A stretch of 64,000 bases of DNA from Paecilomyces variotii. Its lineage: Eukaryota. This document shows positions 1 to 11,859 of the stretch, piece by piece (positions within the stretch are counted from its first letter, which is position 1; every line of letters begins with the position of its first letter). Under the pieces are notes generated by a model that saw nothing but the letters and a program-made list of their open reading frames with translations, searched no databases and had not been told where the DNA came from. The stretch lies in NCBI GenBank assembly GCA_004022145.1, contig RCNU01000006.1; one strand, 5' to 3'. The position numbers and the translations under genes are program-made.

Positions 1-669
1 GTCACTGTCCTTTCTCCGGCCAGCGATGACGTTTCTCAAATCTGGCTGGCTGGCAAGTCTTCCACCAACGGCTCCAGCTTTCTGATCTACTATGATGGCA
101 ACAACTTCCATTCCGTGGGCAATGTATTTGGCCAGCAGACAACGATCCGTGATGTCCAGGTGCTGGAGACCAACAAGAATCACGATGATACCGCGTTCCT
201 CAATAATGACCAAATTCTTCTGATCACCGGTCAGCTCGTGCTTCCGGACTTTGGAAACGCATCGGCTGCTATCTTCAACGGCACCTCGGTGACTCCGTTT
301 ATTCTCTCAACGACTGGGACGGATGAGCCAGGCAGCATCTCGCAGCTCATCAGCGAGAACAAAAACACGTTTAGCAAGAACAGTAAGTTCATGTTCCCTC
401 CTTCGCGTTTCGATCATTACTAACCTACCTGCACAGGCGGTCACTACTCGAACGGTATCATCGTCTTGGTCTCCTTCTGCTGCGCCCTCGGCTGCGTCTT
501 CTTGATCGTCCTGATTGGCATCGTGCTCAACAAGATCCAGCGTCATCGCCAGGGCTACATTCGTGCCCCGACCAGTGGAACGGACCGGCCCACGAGCATG
601 CGGCGAGTGCCTCCGGAGTATCTTTTCGATTCGCTAAGGGCACGCACCGCGGGTATGCCGGCGGTGTAA
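1..669 (+). CDS. rax2: Rax2 polarity/cellular morphogenesis membrane protein, 3' part (gene starts upstream of the window); intron 383-436
   Basis: Open frame from base 1 (VTVLSPASDDVSQIWLAG...LITGQLVLPDFGNASAAIFNGT...PFILS). A GTAAGT...CTAAC...CAG intron joins it to SGHYSNGIIVLVSFCCALGCVFLIVLIGIVL (one TM helix) and a short cytoplasmic tail ending RRVPPEYLFDSL. This matches the Rax2 C-terminus as I recall it. Confidence 0.85.
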
Positions 670-1153
670 CCTGCGGAACAGTATCTTGACCGTCCATGTT
701 TGGCGGACCTCGCTTACTGTTTTGAATATTGCGCTTTTGCGCTTTGGGAATGGCGTTCTAGGAAGCAATGGTACTTAATACCCTGTGCTAATGTTTGAAA
801 GCCCTTCGCCCCCTTTTTTGCAACTTCTTTTGCCCCCTCTTCTCATTTCTCTTTATTCCCCGCCGTATCCCATCCGGCCTACGTGCACCATCTTCGGCAT
901 GTTACTGCACTGTGTATATTCCAGTGTCTATTGCACATAGTACATACCTCGATGTTCGAGGCTTGTCGATCGCATTTTGTCGCGCACATGGCTGGCTGCC
1001 ATGGCTTTATCTGTGTGGATGTAAATAACTCGGGGGAAGACCACTGTTAATGATATGGCTAATGGTCCTGAGATGCAATATACTGTTTCTTCATATTCGT
1101 CGCAGGCCCTTTTAGTGCTAGGTAGGCTAGTCGCTGTAGGAGTCCGTAAGAAG

Positions 1154-1179
1154 AAAAAAAAAAAAAAAAAAAAAAAAAA
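1154..1179. repeat. poly(dA) tract, 26 nt
   Basis: Direct count of the A run between the rax2 3' end and the TF promoter. Confidence 0.9.
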
Positions 1180-1657
1180 GGGATCTTCCGCAGGGCCTCA
1201 ATCCTTGTTTAATTAAATCGCGACTATCTAGCCAGACTAACTTAGCCTCTTGTACTCGCTTGTATTCGGTGTAACCAACTAGCTGCTGGCATCATCGTCT
1301 GTGTAAGGTCAGACGGTGCCTCGGTTCCGGGTTGCTAAAGTTAGCACTGCTCCCAGAGAAATCGAGCCAACGTCCCGATTGCTGTCGATCGCTGCAGAGT
1401 GTCTCGGTGTCCAGCATTCCAGAAAGATCGCCCTGTCGAGGACGTGGGGAGAGCAGGGTGTCCATCATCGCATCGTTGGCTGGGGATTGTCTCTTCCCCG
1501 CACAAAGAGAGCGATCCGGGGCGTTCGTCCCGCACGTGTGGTCTCGGCCTTCCACAACCCGCAAGCATTATTTCTCCAGCTTTGCTGGCTCTCCACATCG
1601 GTTCTCTCCCAGGTTGTCTGTCGGATGTCTGCGCACACGGCGTCCTGATCAGCCGGC

Positions 1658-4240
1658 ATGCGGTCTCGAACAGGCTGGTACGTTGGATCCCTCCCTTTGC
1701 TGTCTTCTGCTCTGCTCTGCGCTCTCTGGCCATTCTGTTTTTTGGCGCCTTCCCGACGACTGACTCATGGGCGATCGTCCGGCGATCCAGTTTGACGTGC
1801 CGGACTCGCAAGTTGAAGTGCGATGAGCGAAAACCCGAGTGCACCCAATGCCGGAGGGCCTCCAGGGAGTGCCGGCCCAGCGAAGGCATCGTCTTCCGGC
1901 ATCAGCAGAATGCGTCGATGAACAAGGACGAGGAAGCCTCGGGCAAGGGCAGCCTGAGGGGGTTCTATTCCTACAAGAACACCTTCGACAAGGACAGCGT
2001 CTGGCTGGATATCCCCAAGAATGGTATAAGGAAACACCCCTGGAATCTACTGTCCTCTCTATAGCGGACGATGGCTGAGACTGGATACAAGTGATCTTCG
2101 TCGACAACTCCGACCCCTACGCTGAGGACCTTGAAGCAACCCTGGGAGCATCCGAATCTGCCGTCGCGAATACACCACATAGTGACTGGAATATCTCCCC
2201 CGGGATCAGGGCACCGGGAGAAGGAGAGACACGCGGGCTCCAGGCCCTCTCAGCAGCAGCATCTCACGACCACTACCCCTTCCATCCTCCCATCGACCAG
2301 TCGATGCAACCCGATAATGTCTCTTTCCATAATGTCGAAATCACCCCATCAGCTCCATCGATGCATTCACCCGGTAATATACGCAGCGCAATTCCACCTT
2401 CAGCAGCATCACCTTCAGTATCGATATCCTCCTCCAACAATAATATTAATTTCCTTCTGAACCCATCTAGTTCGTTATCACCTAATATTGACCCTACCCT
2501 GCACGCTCCTGTAGATCGGAGGGAGTCCTCCTATACGTCGATGTCTCTGGCGTCACGGGTGGCAGCTGCGGATCTACGGCCAGATGTCCAAGTAGAGACC
2601 GAGCACGAAATTGCATTTCTCCTGCGCCATTTCTCCGAATCACCTGGGCTATGGTAAGCTTTGCGCTCTCTATGCAAGTCACTGCGACATTGAGTTTTGT
2701 TGGCTGACCACCACCGCTAGGATGGATCTGTTCGATTTGGGGACTTATTTTGCATCATACGTCCCCGTCAAGGCTCTCACGAACCCCCTTCTGAAATACG
2801 CAGCTTGTGCATATGCAGCTAAGCAGCTAGGGCGTGTCAAGGGTGCGAAAGCCCGGTCAGGTGGAGTCTGCGCTCAACAGGCATCGACGGAGATATGGCC
2901 GGATGCTGCAAATGTCGACTGGTATTGGTATGGCGCGAAGTATTATGAGAAAGCCATCCGATTATTGATGAAAGAATTGCAACATGATGCAGAAGGCCCT
3001 CCGCCCCTGAGTACCCCCGAGGCGTTTGGACAATGGCAAGCTGCGGAGCTATGCGAGGACGCTGAAAATGCTCGAAAACGAAGGCGTCGCTTCTCCAATA
3101 GTCGACTATCCAGCGCGCACTCCGATGAGGTCCTAGCGGCCACGGCAATCTTATCAGTGTATGAATTTCTTGACGCAACTGGACCGGCCTGGAATCGGCA
3201 TCTGAGCGGCGTGAAGTCCCTTCTAGACGTCGCAGAAGTGGGCATGGTACCTCTGGAACAACATACTTCACCTGGTGAGACGCCTTTCCCGCCACCAAAG
3301 AGACCAGGGCTTTCGAAAGCAAGGAAGGCGACATTTTGGAATTTTGCTAGACAGGATTATTTAGCTGCTTGTAAGTGTCGGGTCGCTCCTCGTAATATGA
3401 CGGACTAACTAAAGATCTGGGAAATCAGTTATCAACGAATGCCAGACGAGGTTAAATACGGATGACCTGGTGATTTGGACCGATGCTGGTTTACAGCTCG
3501 ATAATAATGGGTTCCCCCGGCCCAGTAATAATACAGCTGCTGGCTATCCGGAAGGGGATGATGTCATGAAGGAAGATATGATTAGCAACGCACTCATCTG
3601 GATTCTTTCAAAGATCGTCAACTTTATTGCTGCTGGCGATAATATCCATCTCGGCCCCAACAGCCCGGTCGATGCGGGACCCCTAGGGATCTCACAGCAG
3701 ACACTGCTGGAGCGCTGGTATCGTCTCCAGGCTGAGCTCGATGCTTGGTACAACGGTCTTCCGGAGACCTTCCGGCCTGTTGCTCGACTAGAGCCGTCCA
3801 GGTCTCCTTCACAAGTCTCGACGGGCGATTTCGACCCCTTTCCGGAGATCTGGTACAGCCTTTCGATGTGCGCGTCCGCTATGCAACATTACCACATGGC
3901 GCGGATCCTGCTTCTTATCAACAAACCTCACGAGTCGACTGCTAGGCGGAGTACTGTGACCAACAGGCTGAAGTCATACCGTTCCATTGAAAGCGAGATC
4001 CGATACCACAGTTACGAGATCTGCGGTATCTCCTTGTCTCGTCCTGATGGCTCTGTACGGATCAACTCACTGCAGCCATTATTTGTCAGCGGCCAGTGCT
4101 TGACGGAGTCTCATGAACGACGAACGATTGTCCGCTTGCTCAGAGAAATCGAAGCCGACTTGGGATGGGCCACTGAATATCGAGTGCAGCAATTGCTAAA
4201 GGAATGGGAATGGGATGACAGTAACAATGCCGCGACTTAG
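1658..4240 (+). CDS. Zn(II)2Cys6 transcription factor with fungal-specific TF domain (Fungal_trans_2-like); exons 1658-1677, 1791-2023, 2092-2653, 2721-3370, 3429-4240
   Basis: Spliced N-terminus MRSRTGCLTCRTRKLKCDERKPECTQCRRASREC has the CX2CX6CX6CX2CX6C cluster. Later segments EIAFLLRHFSESPGLWMDLFD, LAATAILSVYE, ATFWNFARQD and QPLFVSGQCL...LGWATEYRV are typical. All four introns are GT..AG and keep the frame. Confidence 0.9.
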
Positions 4241-4415
4241 CTGTGGTCGACCACGCTCATCGAAATAATATAATTGGTCGCTTTGCAGACAGTATGCATC
4301 ATCGCGAGCAAGACTGTCAATGATTCATCTGCCCATCGCGCGGCGAAGATCGTATTCCCGCCATAAGCTTCTCATTTCGAGGATACAATCAGTTTCATCC
4401 GCCATATACATACTG

Positions 4416-4425
4416 CCATATATGG
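4416..4425. promoter_or_regulatory. Perfect CArG box (CCATATATGG), possible MADS-box (Mcm1-type) site
   Basis: Matches CC(A/T)6GG. A single 10-mer, function untested. Confidence 0.2.
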
Positions 4426-5811
4426 GTGTTTTCGGATGATACATCACGATAGGAGAGCGCATGACTATCGAATGGATGAGCAGGACTCCCTATAATTTTG
4501 CCTGATGCGCCACAATCGTGGAACCATCGAAACGGATGAGCCAGATCGACTTCACTTATTCATAAAACCCTAGTTATGATCTCCCAGCTGCTTGTCTTCC
4601 CGGGCAGCGGGTGAGAGAAGTAGCTGGGGATTGTACCACCTGAACAGTGCATGACGATATGAGCGACATACCAAGTAGCGGCGTTTGCAACCGGTTCCTT
4701 TACGATCTTATTTTCTTCGGGATTAACACACATTGTCAGAAGGCTCCCAATGTCTTTTCGTCGGCAATACGTCGAGGCTATGCGGATCTTCCCATAATTT
4801 CTGGAAGCTGTATTCATGAGACGACCATCTTCGTGAGCTCTTGGGAGCTTTCTGGCGTATCTTCAGCATCTTTTGACGACGCATATTGACATAATGTATT
4901 GACTAGCATCACATGCCTTCGTATGTATCGAGTTTATCGTAATAATATCACGATATCTAATTTGGTTTCTCGATCTTGCTCGTTTCCAACTGTACTCGTA
5001 TTGTGTAGAGTCTGACAAATTCCAAAGCGAGAACCGCATGTATTTGCAAAATCGGTCTCCATTAGCCCGACGTCGCCCGGATCTTTTAAGGGAAACAACC
5101 TAGCATAGTCTATGGATCTTCACCCATCAAACATATGCGGGGTCTTCTCCGCTCACCCCAGTCCAGCCCGGCTTAACTAACAAGTAATAATTATGATTAT
5201 CTGGGGAATCCAGACCAAAAGGAAGGTATCCCGGCCCCCGCCATTCCCAAATCTTGCCCGACGTCTCCCAGAACTAGCCAAAAGTCTCCCCCCGTTTTCT
5301 TCCTCTATCAAAGAAACCCTGGCATTTATGTCGTCCCAACAATCTATTTGGCTCATTTAAACTCATATTTAAACTTCATGGAAGGTATACCGAGCTTTTT
5401 ACCCATCTCCTCCCCCACGGCCATGTCTATACTAGGTATATCCCGGACGATGTATTATTATATCTAGTAATCCAAATCCGATTGGGGAATAAAAGATTGC
5501 AGTAGTGCAGCATAACCCTGTGACCATGCTGTGTACGAGGAAGGGAAATTTCAAGCGACCTATCTGGAGTCAGGCTAGCTATATGCGTGCGCGTGTCTGT
5601 GTTGAGGTCTTTTCGCGGGGCTGGTCTGGTCTGGTCTGGGATATATGCAGACGGTATTTAAATTGGATGTTCTTTCCGACAAGGGTTGAGTTGTTGTGTT
5701 ACGTCTCTATCACTTACTTTATATATATTGGCTTACTTCTATTTCCCGACAGTTATCCTCGTAGAGTAGAGGAATATTTACTTACATATCAGGAAAAGAA
5801 GACCAAGCAAG

Positions 5812-7828
5812 ATGTCTCTCGACACAGACATCCTCATCATCGGAGCCGGTATGTCTGGCATTGGATTCGCAATCCAGCTCCAGAAACAATTTCCGCGGGC
5901 GAAATACGAGATTATTGAAAAGGCAGAGAATCTCGGTGGGACGTGGTGGGTGAATACGTATCCGGGATGTGGATGTGATGTGAGTATCTCTCTCTGTCTC
6001 TCTCCCCCCCTCCCTCCCGGGGGAAGGGGATTAGGTACTATCTAGCTACGGATCTTAATAGAAAGTACCTAGGTTGCGTCTCATTTCTACTCATATTCAT
6101 TCGAACTGAATCCGAACTGGAGTCGGAAATTCGCCCTTCAGCCTGAAATCGTAACTTATTTCCGCACCGTCGCTGAGAAGCATGATATCCCGCGCCATAT
6201 CAGATTCCAGTCGACGGTGCAGAAAGCGGAATTTGAACAACGGACGGGAACGTGGATCGTGACAATTCTTGGTCAGGAAACGGGTGATGTTTATCAGAAA
6301 CGAGCAAGGGTGTTGGTCTCGGCTGTAGGAGCGTTGTCGGTGCCGAGGGAGTGTGAGATAAAGGGAGCAGAGAGGTATCAGGGAAAAATGTTCCATTCTG
6401 CAAAGTGGGATCATGAGTTTGAGTGGATGGGGAAGGAGGTTGTTGTTATTGGTATGTTGTCTTTGAGGTTGAGTAATAATATACTACTGCTGTGCACATG
6501 ATGATATTAACAAGTACGATCTAAAGGAAACGGCTGCAGCGCCACGCAATTCGTTCCCATCCTGACCGATGGCCCTGACAAGGTCAAGAAACTCATCCAA
6601 TTCAGTCGACAACCGCACTGGCTTGCAGAGCGGCCGAATCCTATCTACTCCCCCGCCTTCAAATTCGCAATGCGCTATATCCCCTTCGCGATGCGACTCT
6701 ACCGACTCTATCTATACTACCTTATGGAAAGGGATTTCTCCGGCTTCGACATCAAAACAGGAGGCAAGATCCGCGCCGATCTTCAGAAGACACAAATTGA
6801 ATATCTCAAACGGACCGCTCCGGAAAAGTATCATGATGCCCTGATCCCGAAGACGGAGATAGGGTGTAAGAGAAAGGTCATGGATACGGATTATCTGGCG
6901 TGTTTGCATCGAGAGAATATGGAGCTTGTGTATGCGGATCCGATTGAAGAGGTTACGGAAACGGGTGTGAAGACGAGGTCTGGAAGGGAGGTATATGCTG
7001 ATGCGATTATTTTGGCGAATGGATTCAAGACACAACAGGTTTTGCATCCGTTGGAAATTAAGGGCGAGGATAGTGTTTCGTTGAATGAGCATGTGAGTTT
7101 GAGGGTTTATTTTATTTCTTTCCGTATTACTTTGTTTCTCTACTAATAACTATCACAACAGTGGAACACCTTCTCCTCCGGCACCCCCCAAGCATATTAC
7201 GGAACATGCGTGTCTCAATTCCCCAATTTCTTCATCATGATGGGTCCCAACACCTCAACGGGTCATTTATCCGTAATATACTCCACGGAATGCCAAATAA
7301 ATTTCACTCTTCGCGTCCTCAAACCGATCCTGAACTCTCTTTACCCGTCGTTCTTGAATACCTTCTTCACCACGCTCGGACTACGTTCTGCTGGTCCAGA
7401 TACCGTTACCGTCACACCATCCGCTGAAGAGAATGATAATAACTGGATCCAGAAAGAAGCTAGGAAACTCGTCTGGGCGTCGGGCTGCACGAGTTGGTAT
7501 GTTGATGCGCGAACGGGGAGGAATACGATGCTTTATCCGGATTGGCAGTTTAAGTATTGGTTGAGGAGTATTTTCGTGCCGTTGAGTAGGGATTTTGTTT
7601 TTAAGAGGAGTGTTGTGAGGTTGCAGACGGAGGAGGATGATGATGATGATGAGGGAAATGTATCTGAGAAGAAAGAGGGGAAGAAAAAGGCTGGGGATTC
7701 GTCAGGCGCTTGTTCTGGCTTCTGCGTTGGGGTTGACTGTCTCGGTGGTTTTGTCTGCGAATGTGGAGAGGGGAAGGCTAGATGAGTATATTTCTGCACT
7801 TAGGAGGGCGGTTGGGGTAGTGGTTTGA
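5812..7828 (+). CDS. Flavin-binding monooxygenase (Baeyer-Villiger type); introns 5980-6072, 6452-6526, 7093-7161. As written it stops at 7785; a probable TM tail in another frame ends at 7828
   Basis: Motifs GAGMSG (FAD), GGTWWVNTYPGCGCDV, YQGKMFHSAKWD (BVMO fingerprint FxGxxxHxxxWD variant), VVVIGNGCSATQ (NADPH), IILANGF, FPNFFIMMGPN and GCTSWY. Confidence 0.92.
7637..7652. repeat. (GAT)n microsatellite encoding a poly-Asp run
   Basis: gatgatgatgatgat within the monooxygenase 3' end. Confidence 0.7.
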
Positions 7829-8050
7829 AGGTGGTATGGGTTTGCTTTCTTGGTCTCGGTAATGTTGCATGTGGTAGTTATTTATTCAAAGTTGTGGGAT
7901 CTATATCTTCATGTGGTTGATATACACGTAAGGTGTTGGAATTTCCTATAGTTACTAGTTACATATATGTACGTGATCTATGAGCTACGACTTGGGAAGT
8001 AAAAAAGTCTGTAGCTTGAAGTGCATAAAAATTCAAACAGCAGGTACAGC

Positions 8051-9488
8051 TCATTGCTTCCTCAAGCGTTTGGACGCTCTTCTCGTGTGCGTCGTCTCTG
8101 CAGCTTGTACGACGACTTTATCTTTTCCCTTCTTAGCCTCACCCTCATCAATGTCTTCTTCTTCCTTGATCTTCCGTTTGGATGCCACGGCCGTCGTGAC
8201 TGTGGTTTTGATTTCCACATCTTCTTCCCCATCCTCTTCTTTCTTCACGTCCACATCTACCTTGACCTTCTTGGAGGTTGTTAGTCGCTCAGAAAAGGTC
8301 TTCAAGTCAGCGGTAAAGAGCACACTATGAGCCCAGCCGGCCTCCTTGCCCCAGAGCTTGCGGAAGTGATTACCCACGGCATCGTAGGTCGCCTTGTTGA
8401 GGGTCTTGTGCGCGCCACGGCCAAATTTGTAGTCTCGTTGGGCGATTTGCCAGACTGCCCAACTTGTCAGTTTCTCGTTCGACGAGTTTGAAATATCTCG
8501 AATTGAACCCACCGTGCGTATCAACCGGAACGGCCTCACCCCAGCCCAGACCCATCAAACAAACGCAATCTGCAACTTTAGGACCTACACCTTGAAGCGC
8601 CAATAACTGCTCGTGTGCGACCCTGTATCCTTCTCTGCCTTCTGGTCGCATCTCCCCTCCATGAGCGGGTTCCATTCCGAAGGCAGGACTCTCTGGATTT
8701 CGCAGCGTGTCAAGCCATCCTTCTTCCCTCTCATTAGCGACCATAACTGCAGTATTGTATATGTATTTTGCTCTGTATCCGAAGCCAAGCCCCCGCAAGC
8801 GAGACTCGACGTCCTTCCCGGTCAACGCCTGCGGTGAGGGGAAGTCATGGTATGCTCGTCCGCCAATGGTGCCGATCAGAGGACCATAATTGATGCATAG
8901 TTTCTCGACCATCTGCGAGATGCGCGAAATATTATTATTGCTGCTGCAGATGAACGAAACCAGGGCCTCCCAGGCATCTTGGCGAAGGATCCGGATTCCG
9001 GTGAACTGGGGTGCTTTCTTCTTGAAATTGGGATCGAGAGATGACCATTCAGAATACAGACGGGTTAGTTCTGAGGAGAGGTTGAAGTAATGTTTGATGA
9101 GGGCCAAAGTATCATCTGAAGCCGTTTCGGACTGGGACTCTGAATCATCATTGGCGCTTTTGGACGCCGCGCGAGACGGAGACGTGGACGCCGGTGGTGT
9201 GGGCAGAGGAGCTGTGGATGGAGGCGAGTAATATCTATAGTACAGATGAGTGGGATCCTGCTTTAGCGATATGATGCGCCCACGGAGAACGCATCTCCAT
9301 TCATCATCATCGGGTAGTTTCTGCCATCTGGAGGAGATGCGTTAGTGATAGGTATCTTATCGACAAGCGACGTTGCGTGCGATGAGAGCTCACCGGAATG
9401 ACTGCCCACAACGGAGGGTGGTATTAATACAGAGCTCGCTCAGGCTCACTGGCAGCTTGCGCCACTCTGAAAAACAGGCCGTAGACAT
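8051..9488 (-). CDS. ogg1: 8-oxoguanine DNA glycosylase / N-glycosylase-DNA lyase; exons 9488-9394, 9327-8513, 8454-8051
   Basis: MSTACFSEWRKLPVSLSELCINTTLRCGQSFRW, RILRQDAWEALVSFICSSNNNISRI, GFGYRAKYI, HhH-GPD LQGVGPKVADC...VPVDTHV and AGWAHSVLF. Confidence 0.96.
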
Positions 9489-9900
9489 GATATGGAGACT
9501 CCCAGGGTGTCAATCCACCCATGGCCAGACCCCAGAATAATCGATTATTCCTCTGATAGATTAAGTAATCATTCTGCCTCCCTGAGATGCAGCAGATAAG
9601 GAAGGCGGTGTATGTCGCGTTCTCGGCCTCCGCAGACGCGCGCCTGCGCTAGCCGTTTTGGCACTAGGCGCGGCGGTTGCTGACCCTCTCGCTGGCAGAG
9701 CTTCAGAGTTATCTCGACATGCAACTTTTCTGGGCTGTCGCCTGTCTCCAGCAACTTTCGCCTTCGTGATTCATTTTCCTTTTCCAACAGAGGCTTCGAC
9801 GCTGTTGTTTGGGCACTCGTTTGCAACGTTGTTTTTCTCGGACCAAGTCGCCCATTGGTCAGCTGTTTGACACGAAGGAGAGCTGGGAGCTAGAGCCAAG

Positions 9901-11859
9901 ATGAACGGCGACACTTACTCTTCGAGAGGTGAGAGGACGACTGGCGCTTTTGTAATTATTTACCATGGACTTTATCTAATGCTTTCTGTCTACAGATTCG
10001 GGGCGCTCGAGGGACTATTACGTGAGTTTTGACGACTGTGTTGTCGAATGCGATGTGCCATCAATTGTTTTATGCTAACCCACCCTGCCTTCCAGCGAGA
10101 CGATCGCCGAGACCGTGACAGAGATGGACGCGATAGAGGCGACCGGAAACGCTCGAGGTCTCCTCACCACAACCCCAGAACTTCGCGCCGGGAACATGAG
10201 GTAGATTCGTACTCGTCTAGCCGCGACTATCGAGCAAGGGAACGGGAAGACCGTTACTCCGGCCGCAGAGACGATCGCGAGTGGGACCGAGACCGAGGTG
10301 ATAGACGGCGACGGGATTTTGACGATCGGGAGCGCCCCTCTCGGCGTGATAGAGATCTTTTTGATGAGCGACCAAGGCGTCGAGACCGTGACCGTGATGG
10401 TGGACGAGAGCGGAAAAGGAGCGCAACGCCGCCAAGGAAGAGGTCGCCGACGCCTGATCTGACGGACGTGGTTCCTATCTTGGAGCGCAAGCGTCGCCTG
10501 ACACAGTGGGACATCAAACCCCCTGGATATGAGAATGTCCTTGCTGAGCAGGCGAAGCTGTCAGGCATGTTCCCTCTTCCTGGAGCGCCTCGTCAGCAAC
10601 CCATGGATCCCAGCCGTCTGCAGGCTTTCATGAACCAGCCTGGTGGCACGGCAGACACCGCTGCTCTCAAGCCGTCCAACTCGCGGCAGGCGAGGCGTCT
10701 TTTCGTATACAATATTCCCCCCACTGTTACGGAGGAGAGTCTGGTCTCTTTCTTCAACCTTCAGCTTAATGGTCTCAATGTCATCAAGGGCGTGGATCCT
10801 TGCGTCTCAGCACAGATGGCTAAGGATAAGACGTACGCCCTTGTCGAGTTCAAGACGCCAAATGACGCCACTGTCGCGCTTGCCTTTGACGGAGCTACGA
10901 TGGAGGAGCATGATGCTATGAACACTGGTAACGGCGCCACCAATGGTGGACCCAAAGGCCTTGAAATCCGGAGACCGAAGGATTACATCGTTCCGAACGG
11001 AAGTGAGGACCAGGAGTACCAGGAAGGCGTGGTGCACAGTGAGGTGCCTGACTCGCCCAACAAGATCTGCGTATCCAATATTCCACTCTATATCCCCGAG
11101 GAGCCTGTCACGATGCTGCTCAAGTCTTTTGGCGAACTCAAATCCTTTGTTCTGGTGAAGGACAATGTCACGGAAGAGTCCAGGGTGAGTGGCTTTTCTG
11201 ATCCGATTATCTCAAGTGACGATGTGTACTAAGAAGTTACAGGGCATTGCTTTCTGCGAGTACGCGGATCCGAATGCTACTAGCATTGCCGTGGAGGGTC
11301 TTAACGGCATGGAACTTGGCGACAAGCATCTGAAAGTTGTGCGCGCTAGTATCGGCGCTACCCAAGCTGCTGGTCTCGATATGGGAGTTAATGCCATGTC
11401 TATGTTCGCCAAGACGACTTCTCAGGATCTGGAAACCAGCCGTGTTTTGCAACTGCTGAACATGGTGACTCCGGAAGAGCTTATGGATAACGATGACTAC
11501 GAAGGTAAGGACGTGAAATGCGAGAGTAGATTAGGTAACACATGGCTAATGGAATTTCCAGAAATCTGCGATGATGTGCGCGAAGAGTGCCAGAAGTACG
11601 GTCAAGTGCTCGATTTGAAGATTCCTCGTCCTTCAGGAGGCAGCAGACAGTCTGCTGGTGTCGGCAAGATCTACGTCAAATTTGACAGCGTCGAGTCTGC
11701 TACCAAGGCATTGAAGGCGCTGGCTGGCAGGAAGTTCTCTGACAGAACTGTGGTGACTACCTACTTCCCAGAGGTGAGCTGCTGCACCGTCGTTATATCC
11801 AATTCGATGAGAAATGCTAACATTCTGTGAAGGAAAATTTCGAAGTTAACGCTTGGTGA
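9901..11859 (+). CDS. u2af2: Splicing factor U2AF large subunit (U2AF65/Prp2-like); exons 9901-9928, 9996-10021, 10096-11184, 11243-11504, 11562-11773, 11833-11859
   Basis: RD/RS-rich N-terminus, ULM RKRRLTQWDIKPPGYE, RRM1 (RRLFVYNIP...YALVEF), RRM2 (KICVSNIP...GIAFCEY) and UHM (VLQLLNMV...GKIYVKF...AGRKFSDRTV). Confidence 0.96.

Noticed and set aside
1292..1889. Several overlapping 90-220 aa ORFs upstream of and within the TF start
   Set aside because: They are GC-rich 5' leader, intron and antisense shadows. The spliced ATG at 1658 explains the real coding part.
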